A stretch of DNA of 64,000 nt from the NCBI GenBank assembly GCA_963808245.1, contig CAWEES010000002.1, positions 1,090,252-1,154,251 of the forward strand. The letters are read 5' to 3'. Made by a program: the position numbers and the translations under genes. Below the pieces are notes generated by a model. That model searched no databases. It was not told the DNA's origin and saw only the letters and a list, made by a program, of their open reading frames with translations. The first letter of the stretch is position 1, and every line of letters starts with the position of its first letter. This DNA comes from an uncultured Bacteroidota bacterium (lineage in GTDB: Bacteria; Bacteroidota; Ignavibacteria; Kryptoniales; JAKASW01). Below are positions 45,194 through 56,187 of the stretch, piece after piece.

Positions 45194-45854
45194 TTACCAA
45201 AACAAATTCCGCTTTGAACGGTGCTTTTAAGAATTCCCTTTCGATATCAACCAGCCTGCCGCGAATAATTTTTTCAGTCTCCATCGTAAGATCGACCGCG
45301 ACGACCGCCCGCCTATCCTTACCAAACGTTGCAAGGCAATCTTCAATAAGCGGTTTGAACCTGTACGGCGTCTCCATAATCACAGAAACAGTTTTTACGG
45401 ATACGAGTTCTCTCAAAGTACTCAGTCGATCTTCCTTCCTGCGCGGCAGGAAGCCTGCATAATGAAATGAGCTGATATCAAAATCGGAAACTACCAGCGC
45501 AGCGAGTATTGAAGCCGCCCCCGGCACCGGAACGACTTTTACACCGTGCTTTAAAGCGACATGAATTAATTTTGCACCGGGGTCCGCAAAAACAGGAGTG
45601 CCTGCGTCGGAGATCAAGGCGGCATTTGCTCCATCTTTAATTCGTTCAATTACGGCTTCTGCATCTCTCGATTCATTATGCTCATTCAACGCTTCGAGTG
45701 GTTTATCAATGCCGTAAAATCGAAGCAGCCTGTTCCCTTCCTTAAATTCCTCACAGATAATAAAATCAACCTGTTTTAAAATGGTCAGTGCACGCAAAGA
45801 AATATCATCGTAGTTGCCTATCGGAGTTGAAACAATGTAAAGAGTCGAACTCAA
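45171..45854 (-). CDS. rsmI: 16S rRNA (cytidine1402-2'-O)-methyltransferase
   Basis: LYIVSTPIGNYDDISLRALTILKQVDFIICEE and ISDAGTP motifs of the tetrapyrrole-methylase-fold RsmI. Confidence 0.9.
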   Translation of the reverse strand: MSSTLYIVSTPIGNYDDISLRALTILKQVDFIICEEFKEGNRLLRFYGIDKPLEALNEHNESRDAEAVIERIKDGANAALISDAGTPVFADPGAKLIHVALKHGVKVVPVPGAASILAALVVSDFDISSFHYAGFLPRRKEDRLSTLRELVSVKTVSVIMETPYRFKPLIEDCLATFGKDRRAVVAVDLTMETEKIIRGRLVDIEREFLKAPFKAEFVLVIDAPHKN

Positions 45855-47143
45855 TGCTCCGTCCTGAGGTTTTGTTCGTAATATTTTCTGAAGGCAATCA
45901 GTATCGCTGTTGTAGGTACTGCTATTAGCAGACCTAGAAATCCCATAAAGTATCCAAAAATCAGAAGTGCCAATATCAAGAGTACCGGGTGCACTCCTAT
46001 TTTAGCGCCGATAATTTTCGGATAAAGAATCGCTGTCTCCGTCAAATTCATTCCGAGGAATGAACAGAGTACCATGACAACTTGAAAGCTGGGGTTGTCT
46101 CCAAAGAGCGCAATCAATACCGCAACTGAAGTGCTGATGATAATTCCAAAATACGGGATCATGTCCAGTACTCCGGAGATAAGACCGATCACGAGCGGAT
46201 ATTTCACCCCCCAGATCGACATCAACATAGAGATGACGATTGAATTTATAAATGCAACCGTCAAAGCTCCCCGCAAATAGCTGCCAAGAATCTTATCGAC
46301 GATCGCGTAGAGTTCCGAAACAAGTTGACGGTGCCGCCGGGGAAATACCATTTTAACTCTGTACTTTATCAGCTCAAAATCTTTCATGATGTAAAAGCTC
46401 AAAAAAGGCACGAGTACAAGATTCAGCATCTTCGTCAACGCCGTTGCCGCTTGCGCCACGAAATTGAGAATACCGTTCGGAATTGCCCTTGTCACATCTT
46501 CAACTCTCGATGAGATTTCATTTATCACCGCTTGTTGGAGCCCCTGACTCTCCGGAGCGAATCCCAGGAAGCCGCGGTTCACAAGGTTGTTAAGAGAATT
46601 ACTTATTTCTGTTGCAAGAGTAGGAATCGATGTCAGAAAATTTTGAAACTGCTGGAATACCATCGGAAGCACTACCACGGAGATCGTTGCGAGAATTCCG
46701 AGCAAGATGATTAGAACACCAAAAATGGAGATCGGACGCGGAACTTTTTTTCTTGCCAGCCATTCGACAAGGGGAGAAAAAATAAAACTGAGTATAAATG
46801 CAACGACAAATGGGACAACCGCTCCGGATATTTCAATTGCAAACCAGAACACGAAGACTATAGTGGCGAGTATGATGAGATGGCGGACAATGGCTTCTCG
46901 TTTGAACGGATATGTGGCAACTAAAAACAGGACGAAAACAAATATCGGGCTGAAGACTTCACGGACTGCATAGCCTAGGAATAAAAGAAGAGCAAGGGCG
47001 ACAACGTAAACCACCCACTCCCGTTTCTCAGATAAAAGTGCAGCTATGGGATTTGCTGCTTCTTTTGTATTTTCAACAGATTCGACTTCATCCCCGACGA
47101 GATGGGTGCCTTCATCCCGTGACTCTTCTTCGCTCATCTTCAT
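45851..47143 (-). CDS. AI-2E family transporter (UPF0118/PerM-like)
   Basis: 430 aa with about 8 TM segments and conserved C-terminal IPYFG...HP motifs. Confidence 0.85.
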   Translation of the reverse strand: MKMSEEESRDEGTHLVGDEVESVENTKEAANPIAALLSEKREWVVYVVALALLLFLGYAVREVFSPIFVFVLFLVATYPFKREAIVRHLIILATIVFVFWFAIEISGAVVPFVVAFILSFIFSPLVEWLARKKVPRPISIFGVLIILLGILATISVVVLPMVFQQFQNFLTSIPTLATEISNSLNNLVNRGFLGFAPESQGLQQAVINEISSRVEDVTRAIPNGILNFVAQAATALTKMLNLVLVPFLSFYIMKDFELIKYRVKMVFPRRHRQLVSELYAIVDKILGSYLRGALTVAFINSIVISMLMSIWGVKYPLVIGLISGVLDMIPYFGIIISTSVAVLIALFGDNPSFQVVMVLCSFLGMNLTETAILYPKIIGAKIGVHPVLLILALLIFGYFMGFLGLLIAVPTTAILIAFRKYYEQNLRTEH

Positions 47144-47154
47144 TTTTCCTTCTT

Positions 47155-47898
47155 TTATGCCGGTTTCTCTTTACGCCTGACAGAAATTAATGCGGAAATT
47201 CCTGCAAAAGAATGAATTAAATCACTTTTCATAATCTCATATCTGTTCAACTCGACTTTTTTCCTCACGGACGCCGGTGTATCTATACCATACACGGGTA
47301 TTCTCTCAGACACGCCATTCGTGCCAGTCGACCCAAGACCATAGAGTTTTTCGTATCCGACTTCTCTCGCTGTATCGGCAACCGCGGAGTTGTATCTCCC
47401 AAAAGGAAATGAGACCGAGTTCACCTCGCGGCCGATCAAATCTTCGATTTCTATTTTTGAATTTCTCAATTCATTATGAACTAATTCCCGATCTAGTCTG
47501 GTTAGATCTTTATGCAAGCATGAATGACTTCCCACTTCAAAACCTAATGTAGTAATTTCTCTGAGCTGCGCAGCGTTCATATGTACAAAGGGTTTATAAG
47601 ATAATCGGATATCCCAACTGTTCTCTCTACCAATATAGCTTGATATTACAAACACTGTCGCTTTCGCGCCGAACGAGAGTAGAACCGGAACAACATTCCT
47701 GTAAAAGCAATCATAACCATCATCAAAGGTAAGATAAACCATCTTCCGATCTGCGGCGGCTTTTTCCGGCGACGACGAAAGATCAATCCCCGATTTTGCC
47801 AGCCTGGAAATTTGTCCGATGAACAGTTTGGGTCTAACGTTTGTCAGGCCAAATTCAAACTTATTATCAACTTTATGATAAGCAAGTATTGTCATCAC
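47155..47898 (-). CDS. polysaccharide deacetylase family protein
   Basis: NodB-type motifs LTFDDGY and EVGSHSCLH. Confidence 0.85.
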   Translation of the reverse strand: MMTILAYHKVDNKFEFGLTNVRPKLFIGQISRLAKSGIDLSSSPEKAAADRKMVYLTFDDGYDCFYRNVVPVLLSFGAKATVFVISSYIGRENSWDIRLSYKPFVHMNAAQLREITTLGFEVGSHSCLHKDLTRLDRELVHNELRNSKIEIEDLIGREVNSVSFPFGRYNSAVADTAREVGYEKLYGLGSTGTNGVSERIPVYGIDTPASVRKKVELNRYEIMKSDLIHSFAGISALISVRRKEKPA

Positions 47899-48347
47899 TT
47901 TCCTGTCGAGCCGAATCCGCCTTCGCCTCGATGCGTTTCACCGAGAATGTCCGTCTCTTCCCAATGCACTCTCTCATAACACGAAATGACCACTTGAGCA
48001 ATTCTGTCGCCCCGGTTAATGATGAACGGTTCCGCCCCCAGGTTCAACATAATGACCTTTATTTCGCCGCGGTAATCCGAATCAATTGTGCCGGGAGAAT
48101 TGGGAAGGATTATTTTATTTTTGAAAGCCAGACCGCTCCGCGGCCTGATCTGAGCTTCAAAACCAACCTGCAATTCTATTTTTAGGTTGGTCGGAACAAG
48201 CGCCGTCGACATCGGATCAATTACGACAGGTTCCTTGATCGCCGCATATAAATCCATCCCCGCAGATCCTTGTGTCATATAGCTTGGAAGAGGTAAATCC
48301 TTGAAATCCTCCGACACTCTGAAAATTTTTACTGAAAGTTTATCCAC
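47895..48347 (-). CDS. dut: dUTP diphosphatase
   Basis: Motifs [22 protein letters not shown] and the GFGSTG tail. Confidence 0.92.
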   Translation of the reverse strand: MDKLSVKIFRVSEDFKDLPLPSYMTQGSAGMDLYAAIKEPVVIDPMSTALVPTNLKIELQVGFEAQIRPRSGLAFKNKIILPNSPGTIDSDYRGEIKVIMLNLGAEPFIINRGDRIAQVVISCYERVHWEETDILGETHRGEGGFGSTGK

Positions 48348-48491
48348 TCAAGGTCCCGACAATGAAAAAATAGATCCCACATGAAATAATTTCGCATAAA
48401 ACTTTATAAAACCCGCAGCCTTCGCCCACCCTGTCAATTACCACTTCCCTGTATTCCTCAAAACCATATTTGAAGTCTAATCAAAAAGGAA

Positions 48492-49796
48492 TCAAGCTGC
48501 ATTCTTGGTTTGGTGTAAGATTTCTTCTTCTAATTCTTTTCTGAATCTTTGGATGGTAAATTTCACCGGCCATGCAGCGGCATCGCCAAGTGCACAGATA
48601 GTATTGCCCTCGATATTGTTTGCCACTCTGACAAGAAGATCAAGGTCTTCGACTTTCCCACCGCCGTCATTTAAACGCTCAAAAATCTTCTTCATCCAAC
48701 CCGTTCCTTCACGACAGGGCGTGCATTGCCCGCAGGATTCATGCCAGTAAAACTTAGTGATGCGCAATAAAACTTTTATCAGATCCGTATCTTCATCCAT
48801 GACAATGACCCCGCCGGTGCCGATTGCGCTACCGACAGCCTTAAGCGAATCGGCATCCATTCGAACCCCTTCCAACTGGTCGCCTCTCAAAGGCGGCATT
48901 GAGCTTCCGCCGGGAATCACCATCTTTATTTTCTTGTTGCCGATTACACCGCCGGCGTAATCAAAAATGATATCGGTCAACAAAGTCCCGGATGGCAGCT
49001 CGAAAACTCCGGGCTTATTTACATGGCCACTCACCCCGAAAAGGAGTGTGCCAGGCTGCTTCGTCGCTCCAATTTTTGTGAACCACTCCCAGCCGTTATA
49101 TAAAATGGCAGGGACGTTTGTGAGTGTTTCCACATTATTAACAGTCGTAGGATTTCCCCATAGACCGTTTTGCGCAGGGAAAGGAGGTTTAATACGGGGA
49201 TAGCCTCTCTTCCCTTCAAGCGATTCCATCAGGCCCGTCTCTTCTCCGCTTATATAAGCTCCGGCCCCGCGATGGACAAATACATCCACCGAGTAATTGG
49301 AACCGCAGATATTCTGTCCAACATAACCATGTGAGTAAGAATCGTCAATTGCCTTTTGCAAAATCTTCATCCATTTGACATACTCACCGCGGATATAAAC
49401 ATACGCCGTCTTTATCCCCATTGCATACGATGCGATAAGAATTCCCTCAACAAATTGATGCGGATTGAATTCAAGTATTTGTCGGTCTTTAAATGAACCC
49501 GGTTCACTTTCGTCAGCATTGACGGCAAGATACTTCGGCTTATCCATACTCTTCGGCATGAACGTCCACTTAAGTCCCGTCGGAAATGCTGCTCCGCCCC
49601 GTCCCCTCAGGTTTGATTTCTTTACTTCGTCGGTTACTGCTTCGGGCGTCATTGACAGAGCTTTCTTCAGTGCCGAGTAACCACCGTTACTTTCATAAAC
49701 TTCAATTCGACTCAGATCAGGAATATCGGGGATGACGATCCTGGGAAATGCAGGATCGCCGCTTTGTGCGTATAATTTCGTGCTTGTGTCAGGCAT
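48492..49796 (-). CDS. nuoF: NADH-quinone oxidoreductase subunit F
   Basis: GRGGAAFPTG FMN/NADH site and the ESCGQCTPCREG 4Fe-4S motif. Confidence 0.95.
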   Translation of the reverse strand: MPDTSTKLYAQSGDPAFPRIVIPDIPDLSRIEVYESNGGYSALKKALSMTPEAVTDEVKKSNLRGRGGAAFPTGLKWTFMPKSMDKPKYLAVNADESEPGSFKDRQILEFNPHQFVEGILIASYAMGIKTAYVYIRGEYVKWMKILQKAIDDSYSHGYVGQNICGSNYSVDVFVHRGAGAYISGEETGLMESLEGKRGYPRIKPPFPAQNGLWGNPTTVNNVETLTNVPAILYNGWEWFTKIGATKQPGTLLFGVSGHVNKPGVFELPSGTLLTDIIFDYAGGVIGNKKIKMVIPGGSSMPPLRGDQLEGVRMDADSLKAVGSAIGTGGVIVMDEDTDLIKVLLRITKFYWHESCGQCTPCREGTGWMKKIFERLNDGGGKVEDLDLLVRVANNIEGNTICALGDAAAWPVKFTIQRFRKELEEEILHQTKNAA

Positions 49797-50289
49797 CTTT
49801 CCCGCTTTCAGTTTCCGGTTTTCGATTTCTAAATTCGCCTAAAAGACGATCCACTTTTTCCGCGGTAAGATTGTCGTAATAGTCATCATTCACTTGCATC
49901 ATGGGGGCGGTGCCGCATGAACCAAGACACTCTACTTCGTCAAGGGTAAACATTTTATCGGGAGTCGTTTCTCCCGCCTTGACCCCTAGTTTCCTTTCAA
50001 GATGTTCGACCAGGTTATCTGAGCCGCGCAACATACATGAAACATTCCCACAAACCTGGATATGATATTTGCCGACCGGCTTCTTATTATACATCGTATA
50101 AAATGTCACAACTCCAAGGATGTGATCAAATGGTACTTCAAGAAGTCCTGCCACGTAGCGCATCACTTCTTCCGATATCCAGCCAAATTGCTGTTGGGCA
50201 AGCCAGAGCACAGGCAATACCGCGGCCATCTGCGTCGGGTATCGCTTCTTTATTTCTTCTACTTTGCGGAGATTTTCTTCAGTGAACAT
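49789..50289 (-). CDS. nuoE: NADH-quinone oxidoreductase subunit E
   Basis: 2Fe-2S ligand motifs (VCGNVSC and CLGSCGTAP). Confidence 0.9.
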   Translation of the reverse strand: MFTEENLRKVEEIKKRYPTQMAAVLPVLWLAQQQFGWISEEVMRYVAGLLEVPFDHILGVVTFYTMYNKKPVGKYHIQVCGNVSCMLRGSDNLVEHLERKLGVKAGETTPDKMFTLDEVECLGSCGTAPMMQVNDDYYDNLTAEKVDRLLGEFRNRKPETESGKDA

Positions 50290-50342
50290 TATTCAGAATT
50301 TTCAATTTTCAATTCAACATTTAAAATTTACAGGTTAAGATA

Positions 50343-51620
50343 TTATTTATCTGCTTCGCCCATTATCGGATCAATGCTCCCAATGATCGCTACTACATCG
50401 GAGATCATCTGACCCTTCAGTAAAATCGACAACGCCTGCAGATTGCAGAACGAAGGGGACCGAATCTTGAGCCGCCAGGGCTGACCGCCCCCGTCGCTAA
50501 TGATATAAAATCCTAACTCGCCTTTGGAGCCTTCGGTTGCAACATAGGAGTCGCCTGGCATCGGCATGACCCCGTCATTCACAATTACAAAATCATGGAT
50601 CAGTTCTTCCATTTTTGTATAGACACGCCCCTTGTCAGGAAGGACCTTTTTCGGCAGGTCGGCTTTCACCCGGCCTGTCGGCATTTTATCCAAGGCCTGT
50701 CTGACAAGCTTCACACTCTCTTCCATCTCGCGCATCCGAACCATGTATCGTGCGAAGCAATCCCCGTCTTTCTCCGTGATGACATCGAATGAAAGTTGAT
50801 CATAGACAAGATAAGGGGAGAACGTCCGGATATCGTACTCGATTCCGCAGGCTCGAATGTTCGGACCGCTAAAGCCAATTTCAACTGCATCCTGAGCCCC
50901 GATTGCGCCCACCCCTACAGTCCGGTCCAGAAAAATCCTGTTCCTATTCAACATCCTGCTCATCTCATTGAGATGTTTTGGAAACTCGCCAATGAAATTC
51001 TTGATTGCCTCAATTGCTTTTTCATCCATGTCCTGGGCTACGCCGCCGATCCGCGTGTAGCTGGTAGTAAAACGGACCCCCGTAAAAAGGTCAAACAGGT
51101 CATATAATTTTTCACGCTCACGGAACGACCACAGGAAGACCGTCATCGCCCCGACATCCATCGCCATGGCACCAATTGCCATGAGATGAGAGGAAATTCT
51201 TGCCAGCTCCGCGGAGACGACTCTGATATATTGCGCCCTGAGCGGCACGTCGACTCCGGCAATTTTCTCGACAGCTAACACGTAAGCAACATTGTTTGCG
51301 AGGGGGGAAATATAATCAAGCCTGTCCGTGTGAGGTATGAATTCGTAGTACGAGCATGCCTCCGCAATTTTTTCGTACCCGCGATGGAGATAGCCAAGCT
51401 CGGGGATGCAATCGACTACGGTCTCGCCGTCTAATTTCACCAGGAGCCGTAATACACCGTGAGTCGCAGGATGCTGCGGCCCCATGTTGAGAACCATATA
51501 ATTCTCAAGCGGGTCTTCGAGTATTACGTTAGTATCTCTGTCTTCAAGCGCTTTGAGTATCTGCGAGACGTTTCCCGAATTCGGGAGCTTCGATTTTTTA
51601 TCTTCACGTAATGATGTCAT
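50343..51620 (-). CDS. nuoD: NADH-quinone oxidoreductase subunit D
   Basis: Motifs LNMGPQHPATHGVLRL and HRGYEK, plus the C-terminal DPIMGEADK. Confidence 0.95.
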   Translation of the reverse strand: MTSLREDKKSKLPNSGNVSQILKALEDRDTNVILEDPLENYMVLNMGPQHPATHGVLRLLVKLDGETVVDCIPELGYLHRGYEKIAEACSYYEFIPHTDRLDYISPLANNVAYVLAVEKIAGVDVPLRAQYIRVVSAELARISSHLMAIGAMAMDVGAMTVFLWSFREREKLYDLFDLFTGVRFTTSYTRIGGVAQDMDEKAIEAIKNFIGEFPKHLNEMSRMLNRNRIFLDRTVGVGAIGAQDAVEIGFSGPNIRACGIEYDIRTFSPYLVYDQLSFDVITEKDGDCFARYMVRMREMEESVKLVRQALDKMPTGRVKADLPKKVLPDKGRVYTKMEELIHDFVIVNDGVMPMPGDSYVATEGSKGELGFYIISDGGGQPWRLKIRSPSFCNLQALSILLKGQMISDVVAIIGSIDPIMGEADK

Positions 51621-51656
51621 TACTTTATTTCTTAGTTTCCAGTTCTTTATTCGATG

Positions 51657-52205
51657 TTATTTTCTTGGAAGAGGAATTGATCCCGGTATGCCCATCAGAG
51701 GAAAATCTTTCCTGAGAGGATAATACTCATACTCTTCCGGCATGTACATCCTTCTCATATCCGGATGACCTTCGAAATTAATTCCGAACATGTCGAATGC
51801 TTCTCGTTCGTACCAGTTTGCCGCCTTGAAAACGGACGTAATACTTTGACAAACCGGGTTGCCGCCGTCAACTTTAACTTTCAATCTCAGCCGCTCTTTA
51901 TTCTTCAATGAAGTCAGCTGATAGATAACGGCAAACCTTTCGTTTTCCGGAACAGGCGACGGGCGGTGTTCATGTTCGATTGCGAGATAGGCTTTGCGCG
52001 AAGACGCGTCCTCGAAATTTAGGAAGTCGGCACCGCAAAGATCAGAAAGGTAATTGAACTCAAGCTCTTCTTTCAAAAACCTGCAGACGTCAACAATTCG
52101 TTCTCGCTTTACTTCGACCGAAACCTGTCCGTTAAATTCATCAATCGAAACGATGGCATCCTGTAATGCCGACCGGAGACTTGCTTCTATTCTATCTTTC
52201 ATCAA
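51657..52205 (-). CDS. nuoC: NADH-quinone oxidoreductase subunit C
   Basis: Motifs ANWYEREAFDMFGINFEGHPD and PLRKDFP. Confidence 0.9.
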   Translation of the reverse strand: MMKDRIEASLRSALQDAIVSIDEFNGQVSVEVKRERIVDVCRFLKEELEFNYLSDLCGADFLNFEDASSRKAYLAIEHEHRPSPVPENERFAVIYQLTSLKNKERLRLKVKVDGGNPVCQSITSVFKAANWYEREAFDMFGINFEGHPDMRRMYMPEEYEYYPLRKDFPLMGIPGSIPLPRK

Positions 52206-52208
52206 AAA

Positions 52209-52718
52209 TTATTCCACAAAGATTTTCTCGTGTTCATATTCGGGGGCCGCTTTACCGCCAGCCTGAATCTTTTTCTGAACTTCCATTAAGGCCTTCAACA
52301 CCGAATCCGGCCTCGGTGGGCATCCGGCAACATAAACATCAACCGGGACAAACTGGTCGATTCCCTGCACAACCGAATAGGAACGGTACATCCCACCACT
52401 GGATGCACACACTCCCATGGAAATAACCCATTTCGGGTCCGGCATTTGATCGTAAATTTTACGAACTACCTTCGCCATTTTGAAAGTCACGGTTCCGGCG
52501 ACGATCAGCAAATCACTCTGCCTCGGAGAGAATCTAAAAACTTCCGCCCCAAAGCGGCTTACGTCAAAACGCGGACCGGCGAACGCCATCATTTCTATTG
52601 CACAACAGGAAATGCCGAGCGGCATTGGCCATAGAGAATTTTTCAATGACCAATTGAACAGGGCATCTACCGTAGTTGTAATGAAACCTTCATTCTCATT
52701 TGATCTATTTACTGCCAT
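52209..52718 (-). CDS. nuoB: NADH-quinone oxidoreductase subunit B
   Basis: Motifs [19 protein letters not shown] and GCPPRP (N2 cluster ligands). Confidence 0.95.
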   Translation of the reverse strand: MAVNRSNENEGFITTTVDALFNWSLKNSLWPMPLGISCCAIEMMAFAGPRFDVSRFGAEVFRFSPRQSDLLIVAGTVTFKMAKVVRKIYDQMPDPKWVISMGVCASSGGMYRSYSVVQGIDQFVPVDVYVAGCPPRPDSVLKALMEVQKKIQAGGKAAPEYEHEKIFVE

Positions 52719-53065
52719 TGCAAGGCACCCTTCCTAATCACGTAATAATATCCAACCAATAGTATCACAACGAATATCAACATCTCTATAAATCCAAACC
52801 ATCCCAGCGATAAAAAGTTCACCGCCCAGGGGTACATAAAAACAATTTCCACATCGAACAGGATGAATAGAATTGCGACAAGGTAAAAACGCACTGTGAA
52901 CCGCTCCCGGGCTGTCCGGATTGGTTCCATCCCGCTTTCGTACGTTGATAATTTTGCCTCGCTTGGATGCCGCGGGCCAAGAAAGCGATTAATATTTGCC
53001 ATTACTATTCCAAGTATTGCGGCAACAGCAAGGAGGAAAAAGATAGGGATATAATTTGTCAACAT
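52709..53065 (-). CDS. nuoA: NADH-quinone oxidoreductase subunit A
   Basis: 118 aa with 3 TM segments, YESGMEP and FDVE motifs; first gene of the cluster. Confidence 0.9.
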   Translation of the reverse strand: MLTNYIPIFFLLAVAAILGIVMANINRFLGPRHPSEAKLSTYESGMEPIRTARERFTVRFYLVAILFILFDVEIVFMYPWAVNFLSLGWFGFIEMLIFVVILLVGYYYVIRKGALQWQ

Positions 53066-53235
53066 TTCAATCTCGTTTAAAAAATCTAACCAAAGACGAG
53101 CAAAAAATCAAAGGATAGATTGGTTGTATGTTCGTGTCCAGAACTAAGAGCCAATGGCATCTCATCTTCTCGACCCTCGCCTTTTGAGTTTTGATTCCGA
53201 AAAGTCTATATTTTCAAACCAAATGAGGAGTCCAC

Positions 53236-53538
53236 ATGGTAAAACTGGTTGCACTTTTTAAAAAACCGCCGGAAATGAACTCGTTCGACGAGCACTACAA
53301 TAACCTCCATATTCCGCTAGTTAAGAAAATGCCCGGTATGAAGCGGCTTGAAGTATCAAAAGTAACCGGAGCTCCTTTGGCTATCCCGCAGTTTTACCTA
53401 ATGGCCGAAATGTGTTTTGAAAATAAGAAATCTTTGGATGCGGCCATGATGTCACCCGAAGGAATCGCCGCAGCAAAGGATTTAATGAGTTTTGCAAAGG
53501 ATATAGTCCAAATGTTCTTCACGGACACAATAGAGTAG
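53236..53538 (+). CDS. EthD-family (TIGR02118-like) protein
   Basis: 100 aa with the pattern MVKLVALFKKP...FDEHYNNLHIPLVKKMPG. Confidence 0.7.
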   Translation: MVKLVALFKKPPEMNSFDEHYNNLHIPLVKKMPGMKRLEVSKVTGAPLAIPQFYLMAEMCFENKKSLDAAMMSPEGIAAAKDLMSFAKDIVQMFFTDTIE

Positions 53539-53580
53539 CAATTCTTTATGAGCGTTAGATCTTGATCTTCTCATCGACTT

Positions 53581-54951
53581 ATGACTGAAACAGACCAGCC
53601 GAAACTAGCCGAGCGTCTCAGCCTTTCAACGACAATCGCTGTGGTCGTCGGGACGATAATCGGTTCGGGCATTTTTCTCGTTCCACAAAAAATCGCCCTC
53701 ACGCTTGGCGATGCCGGGTGGATTATTGCGGTATGGATATTCGGCGGCTTGCTTTCTCTTGCCGGCGCGCTGACAACCGCAGAAATCGCGGGAATGATTC
53801 CCGCAGCAGGCGGACAGTATGTTTACTTCCGGGAAATCTACAACGACTTTACTGCGTTTCTTTACGGCTGGACAACGTTTATAGTTTATCAAACCGGCTC
53901 CATCGCCGCAATCGCAGTTGCATTTGCCAAATATCTGGGCTTCTTTTTCCCGCAGCTTGGAAATTGGAGTTTGAACCTTGGGTTTTTTATAATGCCCGAA
54001 ATCGGAGTCAAGCTGGTTGCGATCTGCGCTATTATGTTCGTGACCAGTGTGAACTATTTTGGTGTCCAGTTTGGCGGGTTCGTGCAGCAGCTATTCACAT
54101 ATTTAAAAGTTCTCGCAATCGCGGGGATTGTGATTGCCTGTTTTATTTTCGGAACGCGTGCAGAGCATTTATATACCCCATTCTTCAGAACCTTTCATGG
54201 CACCTCGTTAATCGCCGCGTTTGGGATTGCTCTCGTCTCGGTTCTTTGGGCTTACGACGGATGGAATAGCGTCACATATTTAGCAGGCGAAGTCAAGAAT
54301 GCGCAAAGAAATATCCCCATCGCGCTTATCGGCGGGACAATCGCGGTCATCGTTATTTACGTGCTGACAAACCTGGCTTACATGTACGTCCTGCCGATAT
54401 CGCAGATTGCGCAATCGAAGCTTGTTGCATCCGATGCTGTTTCTTCATTCTTTGGAAAAAATGGCGCCGCCTTAATAGCAGTCGCGGTCATGATATCGAC
54501 TTTTGGAACGGTGAACGCAACCACCATGACGACCGCCCGGGTCTATTTTGCGATGGCAAAAGATAAACTGTTCTTTAAACAGGTTTCCAACGTCCATCCC
54601 AGATACAAAACTCCCCATGTGTCGCTCATCGTTCAGGGAATCTGGGCCTCACTCCTTACTCTCAGCGGCACTTATGACCAGCTATTCACGTACGTTATTT
54701 TCGCTTCATGGCTTTTTTATGCGCTTGGTACGTTTGGAATATTCATTCTTCGAAAGAAACGTCCAAATGCGCCACGGCCGTACAGAACAATCGGTTACCC
54801 TTTCGTCCCATTGGCATTCGTGATTGTCGCTGTGTGGTTTGTTTATAACACAATCGTCACTGACCCGCGTGATTCGCTTATCGGCCTTGGACTAGTTCTG
54901 CTCGGGCTGCCAGCATACTTTTACTGGAAAAGGAAACGTGCAGTTCTGTAA
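53581..54951 (+). CDS. APC-superfamily amino acid permease
   Basis: 456 aa with 12 TM segments. N-terminal GTIIGSGIFLVP and later YDGWN motifs. Confidence 0.85.
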   Translation: MTETDQPKLAERLSLSTTIAVVVGTIIGSGIFLVPQKIALTLGDAGWIIAVWIFGGLLSLAGALTTAEIAGMIPAAGGQYVYFREIYNDFTAFLYGWTTFIVYQTGSIAAIAVAFAKYLGFFFPQLGNWSLNLGFFIMPEIGVKLVAICAIMFVTSVNYFGVQFGGFVQQLFTYLKVLAIAGIVIACFIFGTRAEHLYTPFFRTFHGTSLIAAFGIALVSVLWAYDGWNSVTYLAGEVKNAQRNIPIALIGGTIAVIVIYVLTNLAYMYVLPISQIAQSKLVASDAVSSFFGKNGAALIAVAVMISTFGTVNATTMTTARVYFAMAKDKLFFKQVSNVHPRYKTPHVSLIVQGIWASLLTLSGTYDQLFTYVIFASWLFYALGTFGIFILRKKRPNAPRPYRTIGYPFVPLAFVIVAVWFVYNTIVTDPRDSLIGLGLVLLGLPAYFYWKRKRAVL

Positions 54952-55017
54952 TTCCTGGTGACAAGCAATAATTACTCACCGTGATCGTCTTATATTATAG
55001 TTAAAAAAGGGAGCCGA

Positions 55018-55581
55018 ATGGACCAGGATAAAAGCAAAAGGGTATGCCCGGTAGAAAATGCCGGCGGTTTGGATAGCAAAATTAGAAAATTTCTGCAAAA
55101 CCCCCGGAGAATTTTAACGCCTTATATCAAGAGCGGCATGAAGGTTATCGACATAGGCTGCGGCCCCGGAGTGTTCTCCGTCGAGATGGCCAAGATGGTT
55201 GGCCTGTCGGGAAATGTGATCGCCGTTGATCTGCAGGAAGGGATGCTCCAAATATTGAACCGTAAGATTAAGGGGACTGATTTAGAAAAGATTATCAAGG
55301 TTCATAAGTGCGAACAGGAAAAAATTGGCATTACCGATAGAGCCGATTTTATCCTAGCGTTCTACATGGTTCACGAAGTTCCGAACCAGGCCAGTTTATT
55401 CAGAGAAATGAAGAGTTTATTGAACACTGACGGAAAAGTATTGATCGTAGAACCCAAAATCCATGTCTCCAAAAAGGGTTTTAATGAAATGCTGAATTCT
55501 CTAGTCAGTCTCCGATTCGAAGTTGTTGAGAGACCAAAAATTTTCTTCAGCCGGTCGGTTCTTCTTAAAAACATGGACTAA
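55018..55581 (+). CDS. class I SAM-dependent methyltransferase
   Basis: Motif I VIDIGCGPGVFS, followed by an acidic post-I residue (AVDLQ). Confidence 0.8.
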   Translation: MDQDKSKRVCPVENAGGLDSKIRKFLQNPRRILTPYIKSGMKVIDIGCGPGVFSVEMAKMVGLSGNVIAVDLQEGMLQILNRKIKGTDLEKIIKVHKCEQEKIGITDRADFILAFYMVHEVPNQASLFREMKSLLNTDGKVLIVEPKIHVSKKGFNEMLNSLVSLRFEVVERPKIFFSRSVLLKNMD

Positions 55582-55626
55582 AAAAATTGCGGTTAACTGC
55601 CCTGGCATTCTAAGAACAACATCGTA

Positions 55627-56175
55627 ATGGCAAACCTGATCACCTTCATATTACTTAGCATTCCCATCGTTTGGCTTTCCTGGAGAACCTTGTTCAGTTT
55701 TCATAACCATGGCCTGTACCGGTTCATAAGCTGGGAATTCATTCTTTGGTTGCTCCTTAAGAATTATTCGTTCTGGTTTATCAATCCGTTCTCCGTTGCT
55801 CAAATTGTATCATGGATATCTCTCACTTATTCTTTGCACCTGATAATCACGGGTTCCCTATTGATAAAAACAATTGGTAAGGCAGACGCAACAAGAGTTG
55901 ATGATTCGCTCTATTATTTCGAAAGGACAACCGAATTAGTCGAGACAGGAATATTTAAGTATGTTCGTCATCCACTATATGGGTCTCTAATATTCCTGAC
56001 TTGGGGAATTTTCTTCAAGAATATCAATACATCCCTTCTTGTTATATCTATGTTATCCACAATTTTTCTGTTTTTGACATCGTTGGTGGAAGAGAAGGAG
56101 GATTTAAAATATTTCGGCGAGAGATATAGAGACTATATGAAGAGAACGAAGATGTTCGTTCCCTATTTACTTTGA
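55627..56175 (+). CDS. isoprenylcysteine carboxyl / phospholipid methyltransferase-family membrane protein
   Basis: 5 TM segments and the C-terminal motif GIFKYVRHPLYGSLIF...EEKEDLKYFGERYRDYMKRT. Confidence 0.75.
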   Translation: MANLITFILLSIPIVWLSWRTLFSFHNHGLYRFISWEFILWLLLKNYSFWFINPFSVAQIVSWISLTYSLHLIITGSLLIKTIGKADATRVDDSLYYFERTTELVETGIFKYVRHPLYGSLIFLTWGIFFKNINTSLLVISMLSTIFLFLTSLVEEKEDLKYFGERYRDYMKRTKMFVPYLL

Positions 56176-56187
56176 CAATCTCAAGAC

